Source: Phycisphaerales bacterium (GTDB lineage Bacteria; Planctomycetota; Phycisphaerae; Phycisphaerales; UBA1924). From it: a DNA stretch of 27,120 nucleotides. Below, piece by piece: positions 15,005-23,527 of the stretch. Location of the stretch: positions 1 through 27,120 of the forward strand of contig JAWKTE010000030.1 in the NCBI GenBank assembly GCA_041401985.1, read 5' to 3'. Made by a program: the position numbers and the translations under genes. The notes under the pieces were generated by a model. The model worked only from the letters and a program-made list of their open reading frames with translations, was not told where the DNA came from and did not search any database. Numbering within the stretch: position 1 is the stretch's first letter; every line of letters begins with the position of its first letter.

Positions 15005-16705
15005 ATGGGCTACTTCTCGCTGGTGCTGGGCATCATCATCGCGGTCATCGTTCTGGCCGCGGCCATCCGCTTGCAGCAGTCACGCCCGAGCAAGTCGATC
15101 GGCGTGGCCGCCGGCGTGATCGCGCTGGTCGCCCTCATCATCGGGGCTCTGCTCTCGTCGGTCAGGTACGTCGGCGCGGGCGAAGTCGGGATCATCAAGC
15201 GCAACGCGCTCGGGCCGCGGCTTGAGGGCGGGGCCATCATCGCCACCACCGGGCAGATGGGCGTGCAGGCCGACGTGCTGCCCCCCGGCTGGCACCTGGG
15301 GTACTGGCCCGTGGTCTACGACCTTGAGAACGTCCCGCTGACCCGCGTGGCCGACAACGAGGTCGGCATCATCGAAACCCGCGACGGCCTGCCGCTGGAC
15401 GAGGGCCAGTTGTTCGCCCACGAGTACGCCCGCGACACGTTCCAGCAGATGCTCCAGGCCGATTACTTCCTGACCACCGGCCAGGGACGCAAAGGCCCGC
15501 AGGCCAGCGTGCTCACCCCCGGCTCGTACCGCCTGAACACCGAGTTGTACACGGTCCGCATGGTCCCGCAGACCAACGTGCCCGCGGCCAACGTCGCGGT
15601 CCTGAAGGCCAACTTCGGCACGCCGGCCTCCATCCGCGTCTCGGCGGGCGAGGGCGACGAGCCCGTGTTCCTGGCGGGCGACGGGGAGCGCGGCGTGCGG
15701 GCCGTTCCGCTGTTGCCCGGGCGATACCCGATCAACACCGAGGCGTACGAGGTCGTCGAGGTCTCGACGCGCGACACCATCGTGCAGTACGTCGCCTCCG
15801 AGCAGATCGTGCGCGGCCAGCAGCGCGGCTCCGTGCCCGCCGGGCAGGCCATGGGCGAGGACGCCATCACCGTGCGAACCTCAGACGGCTTCACGTTCCC
15901 GGTCGATGTCCGCGTCGAATACCGCATCAACCCGGAGGACGCCCCGCTGCTGGTGGCGACCCTCGGCGACGACGACGACAACCTCCTGAACAAACTCACC
16001 TCGGCCGTCCGCGCGATCTTCCGCAACAACGCCGAGGGCGTCAAGGCCTTGGACTACGTGCAGCAGCGGTCTCAGCAGGAGGTGCAGTCGACCCGCATGC
16101 TCGCCCAGGAGATGGCCAGCGTCGGCGTGACGATCACCGCGGTCCGCATCGGCAACGTGGGCGACCAGGAGTCGCTGGGCGCGCTGCTCGAGACGCAGAC
16201 CGACCGCGAGATCGCGCTCCAGGAGCAGATCACGTTCCAGGAGCAGCAGCGGGCCGCCGAGCAGCAGAAGGAACTCTCGCGCACGCAGCAGGAGGCCGAG
16301 GAGGAGCGTCGCCTGGCGACCGCGTCGTATCAGGTGCAGATCGCCGAGCAGGAGCAGCGTCGCCGCATCATCGAGGCCGAGGCCGAGGCCCAGGCGATCC
16401 AGATCGAGGCCCAGGCCCAGGCCGAGGCGTACCAGATGATCGCCGAGCAGATCGGTGCGTCGAACGCGGCTCTGGTCGAACTGCTCCGCATCGTCGGCGA
16501 ACGCGGCATCAACATCACCCCGCGCGTGATGGTCGTGGGCAACGGGCAGTCGCAGCCGGGCAGCGGGGAGACCACAGCCCTGATCGGGACGATGCTCGAC
16601 TCAATGGTGTCGCGCGAAGAGCCGGAATCGCCGGCGCGGACCGCGACGCCGCGGCGGAGCACGCAGCCGGCGAGCCAACCGGAGAGCCCGACGAGTGGGA
16701 ACTGA
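15005..16705 (+). CDS. Flotillin-like SPFH/band-7 domain protein (FloT/YqiK type).
   Basis: N-terminal TM (FSLVLGIIIAVIVLAAAI), an SPFH core, then a long EA/EQ-rich coiled coil (EAEAEAQAIQIEAQAQAEAYQMIAEQIG) typical of flotillins. ATG 15005 is preceded by GGGGGA 5 nt upstream. TGA at 16703-16705. Confidence 0.88.
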   Translation: MGYFSLVLGIIIAVIVLAAAIRLQQSRPSKSIGVAAGVIALVALIIGALLSSVRYVGAGEVGIIKRNALGPRLEGGAIIATTGQMGVQADVLPPGWHLGYWPVVYDLENVPLTRVADNEVGIIETRDGLPLDEGQLFAHEYARDTFQQMLQADYFLTTGQGRKGPQASVLTPGSYRLNTELYTVRMVPQTNVPAANVAVLKANFGTPASIRVSAGEGDEPVFLAGDGERGVRAVPLLPGRYPINTEAYEVVEVSTRDTIVQYVASEQIVRGQQRGSVPAGQAMGEDAITVRTSDGFTFPVDVRVEYRINPEDAPLLVATLGDDDDNLLNKLTSAVRAIFRNNAEGVKALDYVQQRSQQEVQSTRMLAQEMASVGVTITAVRIGNVGDQESLGALLETQTDREIALQEQITFQEQQRAAEQQKELSRTQQEAEEERRLATASYQVQIAEQEQRRRIIEAEAEAQAIQIEAQAQAEAYQMIAEQIGASNAALVELLRIVGERGINITPRVMVVGNGQSQPGSGETTALIGTMLDSMVSREEPESPARTATPRRSTQPASQPESPTSGN

Positions 16706-16787
16706 CGCCTTTGATCGAGCGAGAACGACTGAGAGCGTACCGAGAACCGGAGCAACCTCCCGCGTTAGGGCCAGCGCTTCGATCACC

Positions 16788-18002
16788 ATGCCTCGGTTGA
16801 TCGCTCGGGCAGTGCTGGCGACGGTCGCGGCCCTGGTGTTGCCGACTGCGGGAACCGCCTGTGAAAAGGCACCACCGGCCACGGACGCGCGGCCGGTCGT
16901 CTCTGTCCGTGTCTTGGTGCGGCTGGACGACGGACGGGCAACAACGGGCTGGGGGTTGAATCTCGGAGGTTCCGAGTTACTCGTTCCTCGGCACTTACTG
17001 CACGGGGCCGAGAGTGCGGAGGTGGTCGTCTCGGGCGAGCGCCTTGCGGTGCGCGGTGTTGTCTGGGAGAGTCCGTTGGACGATCTCTCGGCGGTGGTCG
17101 TCAATGGCGATCTGGGAGAGCCCGCCACACTCTCTCACGCAGCAGTCGATGTTGGCGACCAGCTTTGGCTCGGATTCGCATCGGCCAAGGGCGTCCTTTC
17201 GAGATCCGTTCCGTGCCAAGTCGTGTTGGCAGGCACTCTGTTCGGCGACACGTTGCACCTGGGGTTGGGGGGCCTTCATGCTGCACCGGGTGACTCCGGT
17301 CGAATCGTCATGGACGAGGACGATCTTCCGATAGCGATGCTCGTGCAAGCAGGCAGCAACTACACACTCGGCATTGACATTCGCGAAGTCTTCCTGACGC
17401 GAAGAGACGGGCCTGTGGTTCCGCTCGATGAGTTGGTACTGGACGACCCATCGACTGCTATTGCCCAGATCGCCGAGCGCGACGCAAGCGAGGTCTGGGC
17501 CGACGCGGCACTTCTCGCGGCTGATCGACTGCCCACGATGCCCGAGTGGAGTCTTGCAGTCCTTTTGGCCGGCGTGCATTGCGCCGCCCGGGGCAGGTGC
17601 GACGACGCACGCACGCTGCTCCTGAAGGTGGTCGATCGGTGGCCGAACAGTCGGATCGCCCTCGACCAAACGTGTCTGGCACTCTACTGGTGTGAGGACT
17701 GGGCGAGCATCGCCACACTCCCGTTGCCGGCGACTGGAGACGACTTCGCCCTGTGGCGAGCCATCGCGGAGTTCGAGCGTGGCAACCACGAGAACGCCCT
17801 GCGAGAGTGTCGCGCGGCGATTCGATCCAATAGAAACTCGGCGCACTCCCGGCTTTGGGAGGGCAAAGCGTTGCTTGGCCTGGGCCTGGAGGCTGAGGCT
17901 GTTCGATCCTTGGAGTGGTCGAGAGACGAGGCTCGCGAGTTCCAGGACGAGTGGTGCGAGACTCAGGCGACGAAAATCCTTGATTCCATCGAAGGCCGCT
18001 AG
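16788..18002 (+). CDS. Secreted trypsin-fold (S1/Trypsin_2-like) serine protease with a C-terminal TPR-like helical domain.
   Basis: From ATG 16788: signal-like MPRLIARAVLATVAALVLPTAGTAC. Triad candidates are His in PRHLLHGA, Asp in DDLSAVVV, and Ser in PGDSGRIV. The C-terminal 150 aa are helical, W/L/A-rich repeats. It follows the flotillin gene on the same strand (82-nt gap). Confidence 0.65.
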   Translation: MPRLIARAVLATVAALVLPTAGTACEKAPPATDARPVVSVRVLVRLDDGRATTGWGLNLGGSELLVPRHLLHGAESAEVVVSGERLAVRGVVWESPLDDLSAVVVNGDLGEPATLSHAAVDVGDQLWLGFASAKGVLSRSVPCQVVLAGTLFGDTLHLGLGGLHAAPGDSGRIVMDEDDLPIAMLVQAGSNYTLGIDIREVFLTRRDGPVVPLDELVLDDPSTAIAQIAERDASEVWADAALLAADRLPTMPEWSLAVLLAGVHCAARGRCDDARTLLLKVVDRWPNSRIALDQTCLALYWCEDWASIATLPLPATGDDFALWRAIAEFERGNHENALRECRAAIRSNRNSAHSRLWEGKALLGLGLEAEAVRSLEWSRDEAREFQDEWCETQATKILDSIEGR

Positions 18003-18083
18003 CGAATCGAGACGCTCGCGCCGCCGGAGTTCGAGCGGCGTCCCCCGGATACAAAACGCACCAGCCGCCCCGCGCCCGGGCCG

Positions 18084-19286
18084 GTGGCACGTCCGATCCC
18101 CCCGCAACTCCCCGTCCTGTCCCGCGTAGCCTTCCGCGTGCCCGGCCCAGCCCCATCCCGACCCGATCCCCTCGCCCTGACCAGCGGCGCGTTCGTCGCC
18201 GCGGCCCGGGGGGCGGGGAGCCGCCCCGATCTCGCGCTCGACGCGTACCGCCGGGCCTACCGGGAAGGCCGGACCGACCTGCCCGACGCTCACATCGCGC
18301 TGCCACCCATCGCGCGCGAGCAGTCCGAGGAAGGACCCGAGGGCGTCACGACCAAGTTCGTCTCGCGCCTCGACGCGGGCGACACGCCGGTCTCGGCCAA
18401 CACCCCCCACCTCGACATCGAGTCCGTCGTCATCCCCATGGTCGGCAAGTCCGGGCGACGCACGCACACCCTGTGCGTCTCCAGCCAGGTCGGCTGCGCC
18501 ATGGGCTGCGGCTTCTGCGAGACCGCCCAGATGGGCCTCATCCGCAGCCTGTCCACGAGCGAGATCGTCGCCCAGTGGTTCGCCGCCCGCCACGCCCTCC
18601 GCGGGGCGCGCGGCATCGAGGTCTCCAACATCGTGTTCATGGGCATGGGCGAGCCGCTCGACAACTTCGACAACGTGGCCAGGGCGATCGAAGTCCTGAC
18701 CGATCCCAACGGCGCGGCCCTGGCCCCCAGCAAGATCACCATCTCCACCGTTGGTCGCATCGACGGGCTTGAGCGCCTCGGCACGCTCGTGGCCCGCCCC
18801 GGGTTCCACCGCCTGGGCCTGGCCATCTCGATCAACGCCCCGCGCGACGAGGTCCGCAGCCGCATCATGCCGATCAACCGGGCCATGCCGATGGGCGCGC
18901 TGCGCGACGCGTTGCTGGCGTTCCCGCACACCGGCAAACGCAAGATCTGCTTCGAGTACGTGCTGATTCCCGGCGTGAACGACGCGCCCGCCGACGCGGC
19001 CGACCTGGCCGAGTGGCTCCGCCCGTTCGGCGCGATCGGCGATACCGGCGAGTCGCGCACGCCGCTGGCCCTGCTCAACGTGATCCCCTACAACCCCCGC
19101 CGCGACAGCTCGTGGCCCGCGCCGACCGAGGAGTCTGTCGCCGACTTCATGGCCCGCCTGCGCGAACTGGGCGTCTACGCCAAACGCCGGCGCACAAAGG
19201 GGCGCACGCTCATGGGCGCCTGCGGCCAACTGGGGGCCGCCGAGATCCGCAAACGCCGCTACGTCGGCGTGAGCATCAGTGCCTGA
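18084..19286 (+). CDS. rlmN: Radical-SAM 23S rRNA (A2503 C2) / tRNA (A37) methyltransferase RlmN.
   Basis: CAMGCGFCETAQMG (CxxxCxxC radical SAM cluster at about residue 138), MGMGEPLDN, TISTVG, and C-terminal GACGQL with the conserved catalytic Cys. GTG start at 18084 (no clear SD). TGA at 19284-19286. Confidence 0.85.
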   Translation: MARPIPPQLPVLSRVAFRVPGPAPSRPDPLALTSGAFVAAARGAGSRPDLALDAYRRAYREGRTDLPDAHIALPPIAREQSEEGPEGVTTKFVSRLDAGDTPVSANTPHLDIESVVIPMVGKSGRRTHTLCVSSQVGCAMGCGFCETAQMGLIRSLSTSEIVAQWFAARHALRGARGIEVSNIVFMGMGEPLDNFDNVARAIEVLTDPNGAALAPSKITISTVGRIDGLERLGTLVARPGFHRLGLAISINAPRDEVRSRIMPINRAMPMGALRDALLAFPHTGKRKICFEYVLIPGVNDAPADAADLAEWLRPFGAIGDTGESRTPLALLNVIPYNPRRDSSWPAPTEESVADFMARLRELGVYAKRRRTKGRTLMGACGQLGAAEIRKRRYVGVSISA

Positions 19287-19328
19287 CGCACGCCATGAGG
19301 ATGGCTGTCACCCACCCGAAACAGGTGG

Positions 19329-19359
19329 CCCCACCCCACCCCCGGCACATCCCGCGCCC
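19329..19359. other. C-tract cluster (CCCCaCCCCaCCCCCggcacatCCCgcgCCC) = G-quadruplex motif on the minus strand / i-motif on the plus strand, in the rlmN-GNAT intergenic region.
   Basis: Four or more C-runs of at least 3 with loops of 1, 1, 7 and 3 nt; read directly from the sequence. Confidence 0.4.
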
Positions 19360-19473
19360 TCCTCCCAATCCACCCCTTCCGCACAACCCGCACGCCCCAT
19401 CGGCCGATAAGCCCCTGCTCGGCGGAAGCCGCCCGGTCCCAACCCGGCGGATCCCCGGGCGACGGAGCCACCG

Positions 19474-20229
19474 ATGCCCCCGGCCAGAGTCAGGACGACG
19501 CGGAAGGCGACGCGGCAGACCCGCCGCGACGCCGCCGCCCGGGGCACCGGCGAGAGAGGAGTGGTCGCCGAGATGCTGGAAGCCGCGGCTGGACCGACAG
19601 AAACGTCCAATAACCTGGGTCTCGCCGTTCGCCCCGCCAGCCTGGGCTCGTCCCGGCCGGTCGAGGTCCCGGCGTTGTCGCCGGTCCACACGCCGCGATT
19701 CAGCCTGCGGCTGTTGGAGGTGCGGGACCGCGACGAGTTCATGCGGGTGCTCGCCGAATCGGCCCACGTCGATCGCTTCCTGCCGCTGCGGCATCCGGGC
19801 GAGCGGGACGAGGCCTGCTTCGCGCGCCACTTGGCGTGCGCCCGCAATGGCGACGCCTCGGGCGTCGCGTGGCGGCGCGTCGCGGTCGATGGCGACGGGC
19901 GAATCGTGGGCGGGTTCAACCTCATCCACATCGAGCGGGGCATCTCGTTCCGGGCCGACGCGACGTGGTGGGTCGCGGGCGATGCGCTCCGGCGCGGCAT
20001 CGGGACCGAGTGCGTCTATGCCATGCTCGACGTGGCGCTGGGCGATGCGCCGATCGGCCTTGGCCTGCACGAGGTGTTCGCCCACGTGCAGGTCCAGAAC
20101 GAGCCGAGCCTGAAACTCGTGTCGCGCGTCGGCATGCGCCAGTCGGGCGAGCGGGACCAGACGCTGCAGGTGCGCGACGAGTGGCTCGTGCACCGGACAT
20201 TTGTGAAGACCGTGCTCGACCGGGCGTGA
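19474..20229 (+). CDS. GNAT family N-acetyltransferase (RimJ/RimL-like, Acetyltransf_3).
   Basis: FSLRLLEVRDRDEFMRVLAES...VAWRRVAVDGDGRIVGGFNL...RRGIGTECVYAMLDVAL...HEVFAHVQVQNEPSLKLVSRVGMRQSGE. ATG 19474 has GGAG 6 nt upstream. The first ~35 aa are R/T-rich, and the in-frame ATG at 19573 is an alternative start. Confidence 0.75.
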   Translation: MPPARVRTTRKATRQTRRDAAARGTGERGVVAEMLEAAAGPTETSNNLGLAVRPASLGSSRPVEVPALSPVHTPRFSLRLLEVRDRDEFMRVLAESAHVDRFLPLRHPGERDEACFARHLACARNGDASGVAWRRVAVDGDGRIVGGFNLIHIERGISFRADATWWVAGDALRRGIGTECVYAMLDVALGDAPIGLGLHEVFAHVQVQNEPSLKLVSRVGMRQSGERDQTLQVRDEWLVHRTFVKTVLDRA

Positions 20230-20236
20230 CCTCTCC

Positions 20237-22249
20237 TCAGTTCGTGTCCTCTCCATCATCCTGGCTCGCGGGCGGGGCGTCGGTCGTGGACCGCATGCCG
20301 CGGGCCCCCGCCCCGACGCGCTCACGCCCGCCGGAGATGGTGCGGACCAGGTCGTCGCCCGAACCGTTGCCCGACAGTTTGATCTCGATCGGCCTGGAGA
20401 TGTGCAGGTCGCGCTGCGGGAACGGGATGTTGATCTTCTCCTTGTCGAAGCGGTTCTTGACCGCCTCCATGACATCCCAGAACACGTCCCAGTAGTCGCT
20501 GGTCTTGCTCCACGGGCGGGCGATGATGTTGACCGAGTTGTCGCCCAGTTCGTTGATGCGGACCGTCGGGGCCGGCTCGGCCAGCACCTTCGGGTGGGCC
20601 TTGATGACCTCGGCGATGATCTCCATCGCGCGCGAGGCGTTGTCGGCGTAGCCGATGCCGAAGGTCAGGTCCACGCGCCGGGTGTCCTTGCCCGTAACGT
20701 TCTTGATCACGCCGTTCCAGATCTGGTTGTTCGGCACGATCATCAACTGGTTGTCGAAGGTCAGGATCTTCGTCGAGACCAGGTTCATGGCCTCGACCTT
20801 GCCGAACACGCCGCCGGCGTCGACAACATCGCCCACGTCGAACGGGCGGTTCATCAGGATCAGGATCCCGCTGGCGAAGTTGCTCAGCGTGCCCTGCAGG
20901 GCCAGACCGATGACCAGACCCGCGGCCCCGATCATGGCCAGCAGCGGCCCGATGTTCACCCCCAGCATGCTCACGCCGATGACCAGACCGATCAGGAACG
21001 TCACACGCCGGACCGTCCCGGCCAGCACCGGACGCAGCAGGCTCGAGGCCTTGGGCATCCGCTTGACCGCGGCAAAGGTCAGGTTGCCCAGGATGCGGCT
21101 GAGGATCCAGAACGCCACGACGACGCCGATGAACTTGAGGATCGCCAGACCCGTCGCGACGCCGCCGTCCGGGCTGCGGAGCCACTCCCACGCCTGGGCC
21201 TGCAGCACGACCGGGTCGGTGAGGTTGAGTTTCTGGCCCGTCGCCGCGGCGATGTAGTCCGCGTAGGTGTCGGCGTCGCCGCCGCGGCGCTCGACCAGGC
21301 GGATAAGCACCTCCATCCGCGCGACGATCGCGTTGATGACTCGCTGCTGCTGCTGCGACTGCTGGGCCAGTTCGGCCTTCACTGCGTCAAGCTCGAGCTC
21401 CGGGGCCACCACGCCCGCGGCGCTCGCAGCCTCGGCCCGCTGGCGGCGGGTCTCCTCGAGTTTGGCCGCGTCGCTGAGCAGGATGTCGATGCGGATGCGC
21501 TTGCGCACCTCGCGCTGCAGGATCTCCTGCCAGCGATCCAGGCGGGTCAGGATCTCTCCCACCGGCAGCGGCTGGAGTTCGAGCTCCAGCTCAGCGACCG
21601 GGACCGTCCACGGCTCGGGGCGCTCGTGCACCGGGGGCTCGGCCCGGATGATCGCGACCAGTTCGGCCACGCGCGTCCGCGCCGCCTCGGCCGCGGCGAC
21701 CTGGGGATCGGGCTGGGCCACGGGCTGCTCGGGGCTCGGCGCGGGCGCGGACACCGGCGCCTCGTCCAAATGCAGCGTGTCGATGGCCGAGATGTACGCC
21801 CGATCGGCGGCGACATTCCCGCCCTTGGCCTCGACCGCCGCGAGCACCGCGTTGATGCGGCTCATCAGTTCCGACTTGCTGGTCTGCAGCGTCTGGATCG
21901 CCTGATCGATCAGAGCAATCGACTCGGGCGTCGCGTTGGGGTCCGTCACCGCGTTGAGGCGGCGGACGATCTGCTCCGACAGGTCGCTGGCCACGCGGCG
22001 CATCGAACCCATCGCCGACGCCCGCACGGTTTCGAGTTCTTCGAGCGAGAGCGGGGCCAGGCGGACCTTGAGTTCCTCGACCGCCATCGCCCCGAGATTC
22101 CGCCCCTCCCACGACTCGGGCAGTTCCACGGCCGGCTGCGAGTCCTGGGCGTGCGCGGCGCGCATCGGCCCGGCACAGGCGACGAGCACCGCGACGAACA
22201 GGGCGGCCCAGACGCCGAGGCGCCCGGCACGAGAGCATGTTGACAGCAT
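20237..22249 (-). CDS. Mechanosensitive ion channel family protein (MscS-like) with an N-terminal signal peptide and a long periplasmic coiled-coil domain (MscK/YbdG-like architecture).
   Basis: ATG 22249 has GGAGGA 7 nt upstream. Signal MLSTCSRAGRLGVWAALFVAVLVACAGPMRAAHA. MscS core: TM3 GLALQGTLSNFASGILILMNRPFDVGDVV followed by the beta-domain KVEAMNLVSTKILTFDNQLMIVPNNQI. TGA at 20237-20239; 7-bp gap from the convergent GNAT gene. Confidence 0.9.
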   Translation of the reverse strand: MLSTCSRAGRLGVWAALFVAVLVACAGPMRAAHAQDSQPAVELPESWEGRNLGAMAVEELKVRLAPLSLEELETVRASAMGSMRRVASDLSEQIVRRLNAVTDPNATPESIALIDQAIQTLQTSKSELMSRINAVLAAVEAKGGNVAADRAYISAIDTLHLDEAPVSAPAPSPEQPVAQPDPQVAAAEAARTRVAELVAIIRAEPPVHERPEPWTVPVAELELELQPLPVGEILTRLDRWQEILQREVRKRIRIDILLSDAAKLEETRRQRAEAASAAGVVAPELELDAVKAELAQQSQQQQRVINAIVARMEVLIRLVERRGGDADTYADYIAAATGQKLNLTDPVVLQAQAWEWLRSPDGGVATGLAILKFIGVVVAFWILSRILGNLTFAAVKRMPKASSLLRPVLAGTVRRVTFLIGLVIGVSMLGVNIGPLLAMIGAAGLVIGLALQGTLSNFASGILILMNRPFDVGDVVDAGGVFGKVEAMNLVSTKILTFDNQLMIVPNNQIWNGVIKNVTGKDTRRVDLTFGIGYADNASRAMEIIAEVIKAHPKVLAEPAPTVRINELGDNSVNIIARPWSKTSDYWDVFWDVMEAVKNRFDKEKINIPFPQRDLHISRPIEIKLSGNGSGDDLVRTISGGRERVGAGARGMRSTTDAPPASQDDGEDTN

Positions 22250-22570
22250 TGATCGATCCTCCGCCGCGGCACGCCACGGGGACTCACCGGGCGAGTCGGC
22301 GTGCCTCTCAATGTAGGTCGGCGCGCTCGGCCCGCCCGCACTTCGGGCGTGAAATCACGCGCAACCAGAACACCGACCGCACAAGCCGCGTGCGGTTGGC
22401 CCCGACGCCGCCGATCTCGCCGCCCTTTTTGAAGCAGCCGCGTCCGGTCGCGGCCTCCAGATTTGGCAAGCCGCGTGTCACGATTGCGTCGGCCTCTCCG
22501 CTTCTTGGGGACACGACCGGCCCCACCCCGCCCCCGCACGTTGCGAACCCCGAATACCGGAGCAAGACAC

Positions 22571-23425
22571 ATGCACGCAATCGCCACCCTCGGGTCCGAC
22601 GCTCGCGAGTCGTCGAACGACCCCGCCGCCGAGCCCGCCCGTCCCTCCGCCTGCCCCATCCACACCCTCTTCCGAGGCTCCGGGGCAGGCGTGCCACTGG
22701 GGCGGCGTCTGACCATCCTCGCCACCGGCCTGGTCGCCTACCTCATGTTCGTCGGCGCGTTCACCTACGCGATCGGGTTCGTCGCCAACCTCGTCGTGCC
22801 GAAGTCGATCGACTCGGGCACGCCCGGCCCGCTGGTTCCGTCGCTGATCGTCAATGGCCTGCTGCTCGCGCTGTTCGCGGTCCAGCACACCATCATGGCC
22901 CGCCCGCGCTTCAAACGCTGGCTCGCACGCTTCGTGCCGGAGGCGATGGAGCGGAGCCTGTTCGTCGCCGCGGCCAGCGGATCGCTCATGCTCCTGTTCT
23001 GGCAGTGGCGCCCGCTGCCCGACACCATCTGGCACGTCGACCACCCCATCCTCCGCTGGCTGCTGATCGGCGTGTCGCTCTCGGGCTACGCGATCGTCTT
23101 CGCCGCGTCCTGGATGATCAACCACTTCGACCTCTTCGGCCTCCGCCAGACCTGGCACGGCGTCGCGGGCACGCCCCGACCCGGCATCAACTTCGTGCTC
23201 ACCGGGTTCTACAGGTTCGTCCGCCACCCGCTCATGACCGGTTTCCTCATCGCGTTCTGGGTCACGCCGACCATGACCGTCGGGCACCTGTTCTTCGCCG
23301 CGATGACGACGGCGTACATCATCGTGGGAACGTGGATCGAGGAGCGCGACCTGATCGCGAATCTGGGCGACACCTATCGCAACTACCGCAAGCAGGTCCC
23401 CGCGTTCCTCCCGATCCCGCGTTGA
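22571..23425 (+). CDS. Isoprenylcysteine carboxyl methyltransferase (ICMT/PEMT/MddA-like) family membrane methyltransferase.
   Basis: ATG 22571 with GGAG 8 nt upstream. Multiple TM helices. C-terminal SAM-binding signature TGFYRFVRHPLMTGFLIAFW ... EERDLIANLGDTYRNYRKQVPAFLP (RHPxY...EE...FGxxYxxY motif of the ICMT family). TGA at 23423-23425. Confidence 0.8.
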   Translation: MHAIATLGSDARESSNDPAAEPARPSACPIHTLFRGSGAGVPLGRRLTILATGLVAYLMFVGAFTYAIGFVANLVVPKSIDSGTPGPLVPSLIVNGLLLALFAVQHTIMARPRFKRWLARFVPEAMERSLFVAAASGSLMLLFWQWRPLPDTIWHVDHPILRWLLIGVSLSGYAIVFAASWMINHFDLFGLRQTWHGVAGTPRPGINFVLTGFYRFVRHPLMTGFLIAFWVTPTMTVGHLFFAAMTTAYIIVGTWIEERDLIANLGDTYRNYRKQVPAFLPIPR

Positions 23426-23475
23426 GCCGCCTCCATCGCCGCGGCCTGGCCCAGAGCGCACCGTCCGATCCAACC

Positions 23476-23507
23476 CCGCCCGCCCCCACTCTTGTGAGGG
23501 CGGGCGG
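23476..23507. terminator. GC-rich hairpin between the convergent ICMT-family gene and xylA (possible bidirectional intrinsic terminator).
   Basis: ccgcccgccc (23476-23485) / gggcgggcgg (23498-23507) is a perfect 10-bp stem with a 12-nt loop ccactcttgtga. A T-containing stretch (tgcgttctc) follows on the + strand. Confidence 0.5.
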
Positions 23508-23527
23508 TGCGTTCTCAGCGGGTGGAT

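Noticed and set aside
12203-15225. 672-aa alternate-frame minus ORF (12203..14221) and 572-aa plus-strand ORF (13507..15225) overlapping the large disordered-protein gene.
   Set aside because: They overlap a longer ORF that has TM segments and a structured C-terminus. Their products are S/R/P/A homopolymer-like. The plus-strand ORF is also out of frame with the true flotillin start at 15005.
16788-16870. Lipoprotein call for the S1-protease (LPTAGTAC).
   Set aside because: The -3 position is Gly rather than L/V/I, so the lipobox is non-canonical. Treated as an SPase I signal only.
16995-19229. 744-aa minus-strand ORF antisense to the protease and rlmN.
   Set aside because: rlmN on the plus strand has the unambiguous CxxxCxxC radical-SAM motif; the antisense product has no recognisable domains.
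20402-22243. 613-aa plus-strand ORF antisense to the MscS-family gene.
   Set aside because: The MscS core motifs and a strong SD support the minus-strand gene; the antisense product is R/D/G-rich.
22250-22570. Possible small RNA or terminator at the T5 run (gccgcccttttt, about 22420) in the divergent mscS / ICMT spacer.
   Set aside because: No convincing GC-rich stem precedes the T-run on either strand, and only short 6-8-bp hairpins are present. Left as an unexplained AT-richer spot.
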